Numbered from the stretch's first letter, positions 48,937-59,038 are shown. The stretch: DNA of 64,000 nucleotides from Flavobacteriaceae bacterium (GCA_049791475.1 JBAQZZ010000016.1:8395-72394); one strand, 5' to 3'. Notes: generated by a model not told the origin, from the letters alone. Translations and numbers: made by a program.

Positions 48937-50031
48937 ATGATTATTCAAGATGTCATTAATTATTTAGAAGAACTTGCGCCTTTAGCTTACGCTGAAGATT
49001 TTGATAACGTCGGACTTTTAGTTGGCCATAAAAACACAGAAGTAACCGGTGTTTTGGTTACACTAGACACACTTGAAAACGTTGTAGATGAAGCCATTGC
49101 AAAAAAATGCAACCTCATTGTTAGCTTCCACCCTATTATATTTAACGGTTTAAAAAAACTAACTGGTAAGAATTATGTGGAGCGCGTGGTTATGAAAGCC
49201 ATAAAACATGATATTGCTATTTATGCTATTCACACCGCATTAGATAATGCAATTCAAGGCGTTAATGATATGATTTGTAATCAATTAAAATTGACAAACA
49301 AACGTATTTTAATTCCGCAAAGTGAAACTATAAAAAAACTAACCACTTACGTTCCTAAAAATGAAGCTGAACAATTAAGAACAGCCTTATTTGGTATTGG
49401 TGCGGGAAGTATTGGAAATTATAAGCATTGTAGTTTTAATGTTGAGGGTTATGGTACATTTAATGCCAATGAAGATTCAAATCCTGTAAAAGGTAAAAAA
49501 GGTGAAACACATATCGAAGATGAAACAAAAATTTCAATAACGTTTCCAAAACATATCGAATCTCAAGTTATTAAAACACTTTTTAAAACACATTCTTACG
49601 AAGAAGTTGCCTATGAAATTACAACTTTAGAGAATAAAAATCAGAATATAGGCATGGGAATGGTTGGCGAATTAAGCGAACCGATGGACGAAAGATCATT
49701 TTTAAAGTATTTAAAAGCAAAAATGAATACAGAATGCATTAAACATTCTTCCTTTTTAAATAAAAACATAAAGCGTGTTGCTGTTTTAGGAGGCTCAGGT
49801 AGTTTTGCTATTCAAGCGGCTAAAGCTACTGATGCTGATGCATTTATAACTGCCGATTTAAAATATCATGATTTTTTTACCGCAGAAAATAACATTCTTT
49901 TGGCAGATATTGGACATTATGAAAGTGAGCAATTCACAAAAAATCTTTTAGTGGCATATCTTACAAAAAAAATTACTAATTTTGCAATCATTTTATCGAA
50001 CACAAATACCAATCCTGTTAAGTATTTTTAA
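48937..50031 (+). CDS. Nif3-like dinuclear metal center protein
   Basis: 364 aa. 'A..A..DNVGLLVG', 'HHP(I)IF', 'AIHT..D', a C-terminal 'GSG' region, and an inserted PII-like middle domain. Confidence 0.85.
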   Translation: MIIQDVINYLEELAPLAYAEDFDNVGLLVGHKNTEVTGVLVTLDTLENVVDEAIAKKCNLIVSFHPIIFNGLKKLTGKNYVERVVMKAIKHDIAIYAIHTALDNAIQGVNDMICNQLKLTNKRILIPQSETIKKLTTYVPKNEAEQLRTALFGIGAGSIGNYKHCSFNVEGYGTFNANEDSNPVKGKKGETHIEDETKISITFPKHIESQVIKTLFKTHSYEEVAYEITTLENKNQNIGMGMVGELSEPMDERSFLKYLKAKMNTECIKHSSFLNKNIKRVAVLGGSGSFAIQAAKATDADAFITADLKYHDFFTAENNILLADIGHYESEQFTKNLLVAYLTKKITNFAIILSNTNTNPVKYF

Positions 50032-50033
50032 AT

Positions 50034-50813
50034 ATGGCAAAAAAGAAAGAAGTAACTGTTGAAGAGCGCTTAAGAGCATTATACGATTTACAACTTATAG
50101 ATTCTCGTATAGATGAAATAAGAAATGTTCGTGGAGAACTTCCTTTAGAAGTTCGCGATTTAGAAGATGAAGTTGCTGGTTTAAATATTAGATTAGAAAA
50201 ACTTATTTCTAATTTAGAAGTAATAGAGAATGATATTACTGGAAAGAAAAATTTAATTGAAGAGTCTAAATCTTTAATGAAAAAATACAGCGAACAGCAA
50301 AAAAATGTTAGAAATAACAGAGAATTTAATTCGCTAACAAAAGAAGTTGAATTTCAAGAACTTGAAATTGAATTGGCTGAAAAGCATATTAAAGAATTTA
50401 AAGTTCAAATAGAGCAGAAAAAAGAAGTTATTGCTGAAACTAAAGAGCGTTTAAAAGAGCGTGAAACGCATTTAAAACACAAAAAGAGTGAATTGGATGC
50501 TATTTTAGCTGAAACTGAAAAAGAAGAGCAAGCTTTAATTGGTAAATCGGAAGATTATAAAACTCAAATTGAAGACCGTTTAGTTGCTGCTTATACCAGA
50601 ATAAGAAAGAATGTTAAAAATGGCTTAGCCGTTGTACCTATTGAAAGAGGCGCAGCAGGAGGATCATTCTTTACTATTCCACCACAAGTACAAGTTGAAA
50701 TTGCTTCAAGAAAAAAAGTAATTACAGATGAGCATAGTGGACGTATTTTAGTTGATGCCGCTTTAGCTGATGAACAGAAAGCTAAAATGAAAAAAATGAT
50801 GGCGAAACTTTAA
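50034..50813 (+). CDS. COG1579-like coiled-coil protein (zinc-ribbon family relative)
   Basis: 259 aa. 'LY.LQ.IDS.IDEI...RGELP.EV.DLE' N-terminus and long coiled coils, in the usual position after nif3. The terminal Cys pairs are absent here. Confidence 0.55.
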   Translation: MAKKKEVTVEERLRALYDLQLIDSRIDEIRNVRGELPLEVRDLEDEVAGLNIRLEKLISNLEVIENDITGKKNLIEESKSLMKKYSEQQKNVRNNREFNSLTKEVEFQELEIELAEKHIKEFKVQIEQKKEVIAETKERLKERETHLKHKKSELDAILAETEKEEQALIGKSEDYKTQIEDRLVAAYTRIRKNVKNGLAVVPIERGAAGGSFFTIPPQVQVEIASRKKVITDEHSGRILVDAALADEQKAKMKKMMAKL

Positions 50814-50858
50814 TTTAAAAAGCCTCTTTAGGTTTTGCCTAAAGTTTACTCTAAAATT

Positions 50859-50883
50859 GTCATTCCTGTGAAAATGGGAATCC
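50859..50883. repeat. small 'gtcattcc..ggaatcc' hairpin repeat
   Basis: gtcattcctgtgaaaatgggaatcc, same type as 12798-12823. Confidence 0.45.
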
Positions 50884-50897
50884 TTAAAATATATTTC

Positions 50898-50926
50898 AAA
50901 GCCTTTCATAAATGAAAGGCTTTTTT
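50898..50926 (+). terminator. rho-independent terminator
   Basis: aaa-gcctttcat-aa-atgaaaggc-tttttt. A second weaker hairpin, ctttagg-ttttg-cctaaag, is at 50826-50844. Confidence 0.6.
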
Positions 50927-51002
50927 ATTTTAATAAAACTTTCACAGCATAAACTATTAGGTTTTGTATTTTTATACGTCTATTGAAAAAGAAAAATGTA
51001 CT

Positions 51003-51659
51003 ATGAAAAGAATAATCCTTTTATTAACAATCGCTTTATTATTTAGTTGCCAGAATTCTGCACAAACAAATAAAGCGCAAGAAGCAGTTATAAACGCAGA
51101 ACCAGTTGAAGTTCCTTTAAAAAAAGGAAAAGCAAGAGCCTATTTTGCAAGTGGTTGTTTTTGGTGTGTTGAAGCTATTTACGAAAGTGTAAAAGGTGTT
51201 GATGAATCTATATCTGGGTATTCTGGCGGACATTCAAATAATCCAACCTATGAAGCAAGTAACACAGGAAGAACAGGACATGCCGAAGCTGTAGAAATTA
51301 TTTACGACCCAAAAGTAGTTAGCTTTGAAACTTTAGTAGATGTATATTTTGGATCGCAAAATGTTACTCAAGTAAACGGACAAGGAAATGATAGAGGTTC
51401 TCAATACCGCTCTATTATTTTTTATCAAAACGATGCTCAAAAAGATATTATTTTAAAGAAGAAGAAAGCATTAGCTAAAAAGATGGGCGTTAAAATTGCT
51501 GCTGAAGTCTATCCATTTCAAAAATTTTGGCTTGCCGAAGATTATCATCAAGATTACGAAAAACTTCATCCTAACAACAGTTATATAAGAAATGTATCTA
51601 TACCTAGATTAAAAAGGTTTAAAGCTAAATTTCCAGACTTAATTAAAGAAAGCCATTAA
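51003..51659 (+). CDS. msrA: peptide-methionine (S)-S-oxide reductase, lipoprotein form
   Basis: The ATG at 51003 gives 'MKRIILLLTIALLFSCQN'. Active site 'ASGCFWCVEA'; 'GHAEAV.I.YDP', 'QGNDRGSQYRS'. Confidence 0.92.
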   Translation: MKRIILLLTIALLFSCQNSAQTNKAQEAVINAEPVEVPLKKGKARAYFASGCFWCVEAIYESVKGVDESISGYSGGHSNNPTYEASNTGRTGHAEAVEIIYDPKVVSFETLVDVYFGSQNVTQVNGQGNDRGSQYRSIIFYQNDAQKDIILKKKKALAKKMGVKIAAEVYPFQKFWLAEDYHQDYEKLHPNNSYIRNVSIPRLKRFKAKFPDLIKESH

Positions 51660-51757
51660 TCATTTAAGTCGTTAAAATTGACTTTACGGGATAACGACAA
51701 AAAAATCATTATTTAACGAGTTGTGTGTAATGCAAAAAACCATTCTAACATCAAATT

Positions 51758-52135
51758 ATGAATTTAAATCAAATAACAATTCCCTCATTAGATTTGACTA
51801 AATCCATTCCGTTCTATGAAAAATTAGGATTGAGATTGATAGTTAAAGCATTACCACATTACGCAAGATTTGAATGTCCAGATGGAAACTCAACATTCTC
51901 AATCCATCAAACTCAAGTTTTACCTAAAGGAGATGGGATTTACGTGTATTTTGAGTGCGAAAATCTGGACGAATTTGTAAATGAACTTTCCAAAAAAGGA
52001 ATAGAATTTTACGAACAGCCAAATGACAAAAGTTGGTTATGGCGTGAAGCGAGATTAAAAGATGTTGACGGGAATCAGTTGATATTGTATTATGGGGGCG
52101 AAAACAGGTTAAATCCACCTTGGAGAATTGATTAA
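51758..52135 (+). CDS. VOC (glyoxalase/bleomycin-resistance) family protein
   Basis: 125 aa. 'I...L..S..FYEKLGL.L', '..D.DGN.L.LY' is the paired beta-alpha-beta-beta-beta pattern. Confidence 0.7.
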   Translation: MNLNQITIPSLDLTKSIPFYEKLGLRLIVKALPHYARFECPDGNSTFSIHQTQVLPKGDGIYVYFECENLDEFVNELSKKGIEFYEQPNDKSWLWREARLKDVDGNQLILYYGGENRLNPPWRID

Positions 52136-52246
52136 TTTAAACCAGTCAGAAAATAATAATTATAGCGGAACTAAAAAAAGATTGCGAAAAGCACTACACA
52201 CAACACGATTATATAACAAAAAAAACTAATTTCAAAAAACTCAACT

Positions 52247-53053
52247 CTAAACCTTAGTAGCTTTCAAAGTGAAAATCAAAGGATATAATTTATCCTTAGT
52301 CACATACATTCCAGAATCTGTTTTTTCCAAATTGGGTAATACATCATAAGGGCTTTCGCCATATTCTTTTAAATACTCAATATGTAAACCTGCTTGGGTT
52401 AACGCATTTACTACTTCACTCAAACCATGATTCCAACCATATTCTTTACTAAGCATTTTTGAATCTTGGTTAGCATAAGTACCTTCATATTCTTCATAAA
52501 TAACAGCGTCCTGCATATAGCCATATTTCATAATGGACTTGTCATCTAAATAATCGAACATCCAAACAATGGGATGAAATTCAGCCATAAAAAAAGTTCC
52601 TCCTTTTTTTAAACGCTCAGCAATCATTTTGCCCCAAGGTTTTAAATCGGGCAACCAACCAATTACGCCGTAACTTGTAAAAACAATATCAAAAGTTTCT
52701 TCAACAAATTTTGAAGTATCTAACACATTACAACAAACAAAATTGGCATCTAATTTTAGTTCTTTGTTTAATGATTTAGCTAGTTTTATGCCTTCATCAC
52801 TTAAATCTACACCTGTACACTTCGCGCCCATGCTACTCCAACTTAACGTGTCTTGTCCAAAGTGGCACTGTAAATGCAACAATGATTTATCCGAAACATT
52901 ACCTAAAGCATCAAGTTCATAAGGCATTAAAGATGATTTACCATTTTTAAAAGCTTCCATATTATACATAGCGCTTTTAGCATGCACTTTCACCTTAGTA
53001 TTCCATGTTGCTTTATTGGTTTCAAAATATTTGTCGTTAATTTTCATATTCAA
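52247..53053 (-). CDS. class I SAM-dependent methyltransferase
   Basis: 268 aa. Motif I 'LLHLQCHFGQDT', acidic loop 'GVDLSDEGI', motif 'FDIVFTSYGV'. Confidence 0.7.
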   Translation of the reverse strand: MNMKINDKYFETNKATWNTKVKVHAKSAMYNMEAFKNGKSSLMPYELDALGNVSDKSLLHLQCHFGQDTLSWSSMGAKCTGVDLSDEGIKLAKSLNKELKLDANFVCCNVLDTSKFVEETFDIVFTSYGVIGWLPDLKPWGKMIAERLKKGGTFFMAEFHPIVWMFDYLDDKSIMKYGYMQDAVIYEEYEGTYANQDSKMLSKEYGWNHGLSEVVNALTQAGLHIEYLKEYGESPYDVLPNLEKTDSGMYVTKDKLYPLIFTLKATKV

Positions 53054-53080
53054 GTTATATCTTTACAAAAAATCTAAATT

Positions 53081-53731
53081 ATGCAAAAATTAATTTACAT
53101 CTGCTTTATCGCATTATTTTCAATGGCTTGCAAACAAAATACAGAAACCAAAACTGTTGAACCCGAAGTTTCTGTAGCCGAAAAAATAGCTAACGCTCAT
53201 GGTTTTGAAAACTGGAAAAATGTATCTGAAATTTCATTTACGTTTTTCGGAAAAAGAAGTTGGACTTGGCAACCAAAAAGTAACGATGTAAAATTAATTA
53301 CAGAAACGGATACCATTACATATAATAGAAAAAACATGGATTCTATAGCCACAAAATATGACCGTGGTTTTGTAAACGATAAATTTTGGTTACTTATCCC
53401 GTTTCAATTGATTTGGGATACTGGAACAACAATATCAGAACCTATTCAATCTGAAGCACCAATTAGTAAAACAGTAATGAATAAAATTACGCTAACGTAT
53501 TCTTCTGAAGGTGGTTACACGCCAGGTGATGCTTATGATATTTATTTTGACAACCAATATATTATTAAAGAATGGGCCTTTAGAAAAGGAAATGCACCAG
53601 AGGCTGGACTTGTAAATACTTTTGAAAACTACAAAGATTATAATGGTATAAAAATAGCCTTAGACCATAAAAAAGGTGAAGACGATTGGAATCTTTCTTT
53701 TTCTAATGTTGAAGTTGTTTTAGAAAACTAA
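53081..53731 (+). CDS. hypothetical lipoprotein
   Basis: 216 aa. Signal 'FIALFSMACKQN'. No recognised domain. Confidence 0.45.
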   Translation: MQKLIYICFIALFSMACKQNTETKTVEPEVSVAEKIANAHGFENWKNVSEISFTFFGKRSWTWQPKSNDVKLITETDTITYNRKNMDSIATKYDRGFVNDKFWLLIPFQLIWDTGTTISEPIQSEAPISKTVMNKITLTYSSEGGYTPGDAYDIYFDNQYIIKEWAFRKGNAPEAGLVNTFENYKDYNGIKIALDHKKGEDDWNLSFSNVEVVLEN

Positions 53732-53749
53732 CTGTAATCTGATTTAAAA

Positions 53750-53782
53750 AAAAGGACTTCAAATAACTTGAAGCCCTTTTTT
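53750..53782. terminator. bidirectional terminator-like hairpin
   Basis: aaaaaaaa-ggacttcaa-ataa-cttgaagccc-tttttttt sits between convergent genes. The stem has one mismatch or bulge. Confidence 0.55.
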
Positions 53783-53790
53783 TTATATTA

Positions 53791-54210
53791 CTAGCCTTTA
53801 AAATTATTTTTTACATGAGTGCCATCGCAATAAGGTTTGTTTTCTGAAGCACCACAACGACAAAAAGCAGTTGTTTTATTTTTTAGCTCGGTTGATCCAT
53901 CTTTGTTAGTCACCTTCAAAGTACCATAGATTAAAAGTGGTCCGTTTTCTAAAACTTCAACTTTCGTATTTAAACTTTCAGCTGTTTCATCTTCTACATC
54001 ATTCATGTAAAAACTTAACGCTCCCGATGGGCATTGCTTTACTTGATTCACAAGTTCTTCAGTGGAAGCGCCATCAATTCGCAGCCATGGTCTTACTTTA
54101 GGTCTGAATACATTGGGTAATCCTCTAACACATATTCCAGAATGAATACATTTATCAGGCTGCCAAATAATGGTAACCTCGCCGTTTGTATATTCTTTTT
54201 TTTTAGACAT
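53791..54210 (-). CDS. divergent 4Fe-4S mono-cluster domain + CDGSH iron-sulfur domain protein
   Basis: 139 aa. 'W.PDKCIHSGICV..LP.VF....RPW........E....V..CPSGALS' followed by the CDGSH motif 'FCRCGASENKPYCDGTH'. Confidence 0.7.
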   Translation of the reverse strand: MSKKKEYTNGEVTIIWQPDKCIHSGICVRGLPNVFRPKVRPWLRIDGASTEELVNQVKQCPSGALSFYMNDVEDETAESLNTKVEVLENGPLLIYGTLKVTNKDGSTELKNKTTAFCRCGASENKPYCDGTHVKNNFKG

Positions 54211-54292
54211 TTTCAGAAGTTTTTACTAAATATAAAAAAAATAGTCTTCTTAAACTTCTATTTTTTGAGATACTTTCTACGTTTTTAATTCT

Positions 54293-54300
54293 TATTTTTG
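54293..54300 (+). promoter_or_regulatory. candidate -7 promoter box (TATTTTTG) for the kynurenine cluster
   Basis: Exact TAnnTTTG, 26 nt upstream of the kynU start (TTG at 54326). Confidence 0.45.
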
Positions 54301-54325
54301 TTAGAAACCGAAAAACAACACAACC

Positions 54326-55594
54326 TTGTCCGACTATAAATTAGGTCTAGAATATGCTTTAGAACAAGACCAAAATGATATTTTAAAATCTTATAGAAAT
54401 CAATTTCATATCCCAAAAGACGAACATGGAAATGACTTGATTTACATGACGGGAAATTCACTCGGACTTCAGCCAAAATCAACAAAAAAATACGTAAATC
54501 AAGAACTTGAAGATTGGGCAAATTTAGGAGTTGAAGGGCATACACATGGAAAAACACCATGGCTTGCTTACCATGAGTTTTTAACAGAAAGCATGGCAAA
54601 AGTAGTTGGTGCAAAACCAATTGAGGTTATTGTAATGAACACGCTTACCGCAAACCTTCATTTTATGATGGTATCGTTTTATAAACCAACAAAAAAACGT
54701 TATAAAATACTTATTGAAAGTGATGCATTTCCATCTGATAAATATGCCGTTGAATCACAATTACGTCATCATGGATTTGATGATAAAGACGGATTGGTTT
54801 TATGGAAACCACGAGAAGGTGAATCGATATTAAATTATGAAGACTTAGAAAATCTTTTAGAAACACAAGGTGATGACATCGCATTAATAATGATTGGTGG
54901 TGTTAATTATTATACTGGTCAATTTCTCGATTTGAAACGCATTACCAAACTCGGTCATAAATACGGATGTAAAGTAGGTTTTGATTGCGCGCATGGCGCA
55001 GGTAATGTAGCTCTAAATTTACATGCTTCAGGAGCCGATTTTGCAGTTTGGTGTACCTACAAATACTTGAATTCTGGCCCAGGAAGTTTGGCAGGTTGCT
55101 TTGTACATGAGCGTCATGCACACAATAAAGATTTAAACCGATTTACAGGTTGGTGGAGTCACAATAAAAAAACGAGGTTTAATATGCGTGGTGACTTTGA
55201 CCAACTTCCGGGTGCAGAGGGCTGGCAACTTAGCAATCCGCCTATTTTATCAATGGCTGCCATAAAAGCATCTTTAGACATGTTTCATGAAGTTGGTATA
55301 GAAAAATTGGTGAAAAAATCTAAAAAACTAACAGGATATTTTGAGTTTTTAATAAATCAATTAGGAAAAGAAACCATTTCTATAATTACACCAAAAATTC
55401 CTAATGAACGTGGTTGCCAATTATCAATTCAAGTAAAAAATGCAGATAAATCGTTACATAATAAATTAACAGAAAGTGGTGTAATTAGCGACTGGAGAGA
55501 ACCTGATGTGATACGTTGTGCGCCTGTACCACTTTATAATTCTTTTGAAGATGTATACAGGTTGGTTGAAAATTTGAAAGTTATATTAAACTAA
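54326..55594 (+). CDS. kynU: kynureninase
   Basis: 422 aa with an apparent TTG start. 'IY..GNSLG.QPK', 'FPSD.YA..SQ', 'GFDCAHGAGNV.L.LH..G.DFAVWC.YKYLN.GPG', 'W.L.NPP'. Confidence 0.9.
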   Translation: MSDYKLGLEYALEQDQNDILKSYRNQFHIPKDEHGNDLIYMTGNSLGLQPKSTKKYVNQELEDWANLGVEGHTHGKTPWLAYHEFLTESMAKVVGAKPIEVIVMNTLTANLHFMMVSFYKPTKKRYKILIESDAFPSDKYAVESQLRHHGFDDKDGLVLWKPREGESILNYEDLENLLETQGDDIALIMIGGVNYYTGQFLDLKRITKLGHKYGCKVGFDCAHGAGNVALNLHASGADFAVWCTYKYLNSGPGSLAGCFVHERHAHNKDLNRFTGWWSHNKKTRFNMRGDFDQLPGAEGWQLSNPPILSMAAIKASLDMFHEVGIEKLVKKSKKLTGYFEFLINQLGKETISIITPKIPNERGCQLSIQVKNADKSLHNKLTESGVISDWREPDVIRCAPVPLYNSFEDVYRLVENLKVILN

Positions 55595-55602
55595 AATACT
55601 GA

Positions 55603-55662
55603 TGTCTCCTCGAGCGCAGTCGAGAGGTTTTTAAAGGTCTCGACTGCGCTCGACCAGACAAA
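55603..55662. repeat. 'empty' palindromic repeat (family C), solo hairpin
   Basis: The left arm tgtctcctcgagcgcagtcgagaggttt (55603-55630) and right arm ggtctcgactgcgctcgaccagacaa (55636-55661/2) are separated by ttaaa. The arms are identical to those flanking the GIY-YIG ORF at 61793/62144. Confidence 0.85.
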
Positions 55663-55667
55663 ATAAT

Positions 55668-57065
55668 ATGAATAAAAAACAAAACATACTTATTATTGGC
55701 GCAGGACTATGCGGTTCTCTACTAGCATTACGTTTAGGACAAAGAGGTTACAACGTCTCGGTTTACGAAATGCGACCTGATTTGCGTAAAGTAGATATTT
55801 CGGCAGGACGCTCTATAAATCTAGCTTTTTCAAACCGCGGCAATAAAGCCATAAAACTTGTTGGCTTAGAAGACAAAGTAAAATCACTTTGTATTCCCAT
55901 GAATGGGCGAATGATTCATGATGAACATGGCAATACATTTCAATCAAATTATAGTGGTAGAGACCATGAATACATCAATTCTATTTCTCGTGGCGATTTA
56001 AACGCCTTACTTTTAGATGAAGCTGAAAAACATAAAAACGTCAATATTTATTTCGATAAGAAATGTAAATCTGTCGATTTTGAAAAAACCACAGTTTTAT
56101 TTGAAGATTATAAAAGTAAAGATCAGTTTGTAGAAGATGCCGATATTATAATTGCTACCGATGGCGCTGGTTCTGCTATGCGAAAGAGTTACTATTTAGG
56201 CAAAAAATTCTTGTTTAGTTTTTCTCAGTCCTATTTAACCCATGGTTACAAAGAATTAAGTATTTACCCTAAACCAAATGGCGATTATAAAATTCATAAA
56301 AATGCTTTACATATTTGGCCTCGTGGTAGTTTTATGCTCATTGCGTTACCAAATTTAGATGGCAGTTTTACGGTAACGCTCTTTTTAAGTTATGAAGAAG
56401 GCCAATACAATTTTAATAACCTAACAACCGAAGAACGTATTTTAGCATTTTTTAGTGATGAATTTCCCGACGCATTAGCATTAATGCCTAATTTAATTGA
56501 CGCCTTTTTTGAAAACCCTACGGCACCTTTAGGTACCATAAAATGCTCGCCTTGGCATTATAAAGGTAATACACTTTTAATGGGCGATGCCGCCCATGCT
56601 ATTGTGCCGTTTTACGGACAAGGGATGAATGCTTCTTTTGAAGATGTTGTAGAATTTGATAAAGTGCTAGATAAAAACTTAAACAATTGGGAAGATGTAT
56701 TTAAAACCTATGAACATAATAGAAAAAAAGATACTGATGCTATTGCAGATTTAGCTATTGATAATTTCCATGAAATGAAAGACCATGTGGCAAATCCTAT
56801 TTTTCAAGAAAAACGCAAATTAGAAATGGCTTTAGAAAAGACGTTTCCCAATGACTATTCTTCAAAGTATTCTCTTGTAACTTTTAATGAACATATTGGT
56901 TACAGAGAAGCCATGTTAAAAGGACGTGCCCAAGATAAAGCTATTTTAAATTTGCTTACAGATCAGAAAATTGATGTGAATGGCGATTTAAAAGCTATTT
57001 TAGAAAAAGTAAAACAAGAAACTGCAGCTATTCTTGAAGACGATAGAATTGCTGGATTAAAATAA
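55668..57065 (+). CDS. kmo: kynurenine 3-monooxygenase
   Basis: 465 aa. FAD fingerprint 'ILIIGAGLCGSLLA', 'ATDGA.S..R', 'LMGDAAHAIVPFYGQGMN..FED'. Follows kynU. Confidence 0.85.
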   Translation: MNKKQNILIIGAGLCGSLLALRLGQRGYNVSVYEMRPDLRKVDISAGRSINLAFSNRGNKAIKLVGLEDKVKSLCIPMNGRMIHDEHGNTFQSNYSGRDHEYINSISRGDLNALLLDEAEKHKNVNIYFDKKCKSVDFEKTTVLFEDYKSKDQFVEDADIIIATDGAGSAMRKSYYLGKKFLFSFSQSYLTHGYKELSIYPKPNGDYKIHKNALHIWPRGSFMLIALPNLDGSFTVTLFLSYEEGQYNFNNLTTEERILAFFSDEFPDALALMPNLIDAFFENPTAPLGTIKCSPWHYKGNTLLMGDAAHAIVPFYGQGMNASFEDVVEFDKVLDKNLNNWEDVFKTYEHNRKKDTDAIADLAIDNFHEMKDHVANPIFQEKRKLEMALEKTFPNDYSSKYSLVTFNEHIGYREAMLKGRAQDKAILNLLTDQKIDVNGDLKAILEKVKQETAAILEDDRIAGLK

Positions 57066-57075
57066 TAAAACGTCT

Positions 57076-57167
57076 TTACGAGGAACGAAGTGACGTGGTA
57101 ATCTGTAAAATTGAAGTTACAAATAAAAAAGATTGCCACAGCAAATAAAAATTTGCTTCGCAATGAC
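57076..57167. repeat. two-module hairpin repeat (family B), copy 1
   Basis: ttacgaggaacgaagtgacgtggtaatct (57076-57104) and agattgccacagcaaataaaaatttgcttcgcaatgac (57130-57167). Both modules recur at 59927-59955 and 59969-60006. Confidence 0.8.
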
Positions 57168-57183
57168 AAATAAAAAGTAAGTT

Positions 57184-57591
57184 ATGAGTAAAGAACAGAA
57201 AGTAACACCAAGAGGCGCATACCCACACACCAAATGCGTAGGCGATTTTATATTTGTTTCTGGCACCAGTTCACGGCGTGCCGACAATACCATTGCTGGT
57301 GTTGATATTATTGACGAAATGGGGACCAAACGCTTAAATATTGAAACTCAAACGCGAGAGGTTCTAAAAAACATTGAAAAGAATTTAAGCAATGAAAACG
57401 CAACTTTAAAAGATGTGGTTGATGTTACGTCTTTTTTAGTAAATATGAATGATTTTGCAGGTTATAATAAAGCATATGCTGAGTTTTTTGATAAAGAAAC
57501 CGGACCAACTAGAACTACTGTAGCAGTCCATCAATTACCACACCCAGATTTGGTGGTAGAAATTAAGGTTATGGCTTATAAGAAATTATAA
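57184..57591 (+). CDS. RidA/YjgF family deaminase (probable 2-aminomuconate deaminase)
   Basis: 135 aa. 'F.FVSGT', 'Q....L.N....L', 'P.RT.V.V..LP....VEI...A'. The specific function is inferred from cluster context only. Confidence 0.75.
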   Translation: MSKEQKVTPRGAYPHTKCVGDFIFVSGTSSRRADNTIAGVDIIDEMGTKRLNIETQTREVLKNIEKNLSNENATLKDVVDVTSFLVNMNDFAGYNKAYAEFFDKETGPTRTTVAVHQLPHPDLVVEIKVMAYKKL

Positions 57592-59030
57592 TGAACATCC
57601 AAAACTACATAAACGGCAAATTTGAAAATCCAATCTCAAACGAATGGATAAATAATTTCAATCCAGCAAACGGTGTAGTTTACGGACAAATACCAAACTC
57701 ATCAAAAAAAGATGTCGAAAACGCTTATAAAAGTGCCAAATCTGCTTTTAAACAGTGGTCACAAAGCACCTTGGAAGAAAGAAGCAGGATTTTAATTAAA
57801 ATTTCTGAACTATTAGAAGCTAATTTACAGCGTTTTGCAGAAGCTGAAAGTAAAGACAATGGTAAACCTTTAAGTTTAGCTAAAGCAGTTGATATTCCTA
57901 GAGCAGCCAGTAATTTTAGGTTTTTCGGGAACGCTATAACTCAATTTGCAAGTGAAAGTCATGAAAGTGTTGGTCAAAATGCTATAAATTATACCTTGCG
58001 TCAACCTATTGGCGTTGTAGGTTGTATTTCACCATGGAACCTTCCGCTCTATTTATTTACCTGGAAAATTGCACCAGCCATTGCCGCAGGAAATTGCGTG
58101 GTTGCAAAGCCAAGTGAAGTTACACCAATGACAGCATATTTATTAGGAGAGATACTAATAAAGGCTGGCCTCCCAAAAGGAGTTTTAAATATAGTCCATG
58201 GACTAGGTTCAACTACTGGGCAAGCTATAATTGACCACCCAGACATAAAAGCCATTAGTTTTACTGGAGGAACAGAAACAGGTGCTCATATTGCAAAAGT
58301 AGCAGCGCCAATGTTTAAAAAATTATCTTTGGAATTAGGTGGAAAAAACCCAAATATCATATTCGCAGATTGCGATTATAATGATATGTTGGAAACCACC
58401 GTTCGTTCATCATTTTCAAATCAAGGCCAAATATGCCTATGCGGAAGTCGCATATTTGTAGAGAAATCAATTTACAAAACATTTAAAACTGATTTTGTTA
58501 AAAAAGTAAGCGCATTAAAAGTCGGCCATCCGTCTGATAATAAAACAAATATTGGTGCTTTAGTCTCAAAATCGCATTTAAATAAAATTATTAACTATAT
58601 TGAAATTGCAAAAAAGGAGGATGGCAACATACTTTGCGGAGGAAATAAAGTAGTTGTTAAAAATTATGAAAATGGGTATTATTTCGAGCCAACAGTCATT
58701 GAGGTTAAAACTGATGATTGTAGAATAAACCAAGAAGAAATTTTTGGCCCCATAGTAACCATTATGCCTTTTGAAAATGAAGATGAGGTTTTAGAAATGG
58801 CAAACAAGGTTAAGTATGGGCTATCGGCAACCCTTTGGACAAATGATTTAAAACGCACAATGCGAATGAGTCATCAATTACAAGCTGGAATAATTTGGGT
58901 AAACACATGGATGCTTCGTGATTTGCGAACGCCTTTTGGAGGCATCAAAGCTAGTGGTGTTGGTCGAGAAGGTGGTTTTGAAGCTTTACGCTTTTTTACA
59001 GAAGCTAAAAATGTTTGTATAAAGTATTAA
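57591..59030 (+). CDS. NAD-dependent aldehyde dehydrogenase (probable 2-aminomuconate-6-semialdehyde dehydrogenase)
   Basis: 479 aa. 'DIPRAASNFRFF', 'FTGGTETG', 'ELGGKNP', catalytic Cys 'GQICLCGSR', 'EEIFGPV'. ALDH8/HMSD-like and in a kynurenine context. Confidence 0.8.
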   Translation: MNIQNYINGKFENPISNEWINNFNPANGVVYGQIPNSSKKDVENAYKSAKSAFKQWSQSTLEERSRILIKISELLEANLQRFAEAESKDNGKPLSLAKAVDIPRAASNFRFFGNAITQFASESHESVGQNAINYTLRQPIGVVGCISPWNLPLYLFTWKIAPAIAAGNCVVAKPSEVTPMTAYLLGEILIKAGLPKGVLNIVHGLGSTTGQAIIDHPDIKAISFTGGTETGAHIAKVAAPMFKKLSLELGGKNPNIIFADCDYNDMLETTVRSSFSNQGQICLCGSRIFVEKSIYKTFKTDFVKKVSALKVGHPSDNKTNIGALVSKSHLNKIINYIEIAKKEDGNILCGGNKVVVKNYENGYYFEPTVIEVKTDDCRINQEEIFGPIVTIMPFENEDEVLEMANKVKYGLSATLWTNDLKRTMRMSHQLQAGIIWVNTWMLRDLRTPFGGIKASGVGREGGFEALRFFTEAKNVCIKY

Positions 59031-59038
59031 AAGGAACC

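Noticed and set aside
51660-52246. Possible third cassette around the VOC/glyoxalase ORF. It has an upstream ttgacttt..atttaacgag, inverted gttgtgtg/cacacaac flanks and a downstream aataattatagc.
   Set aside because: Similarity to the 83-nt block is patchy and needs gaps, and the 3' ccTTCgg hairpin is absent. I could not support homology by eye.
54285-54620. 111-aa minus-strand ORF overlapping the kynU start region.
   Set aside because: It is antisense to a well-supported kynureninase N-terminus and runs through its promoter. Its composition is typical of a shadow frame.
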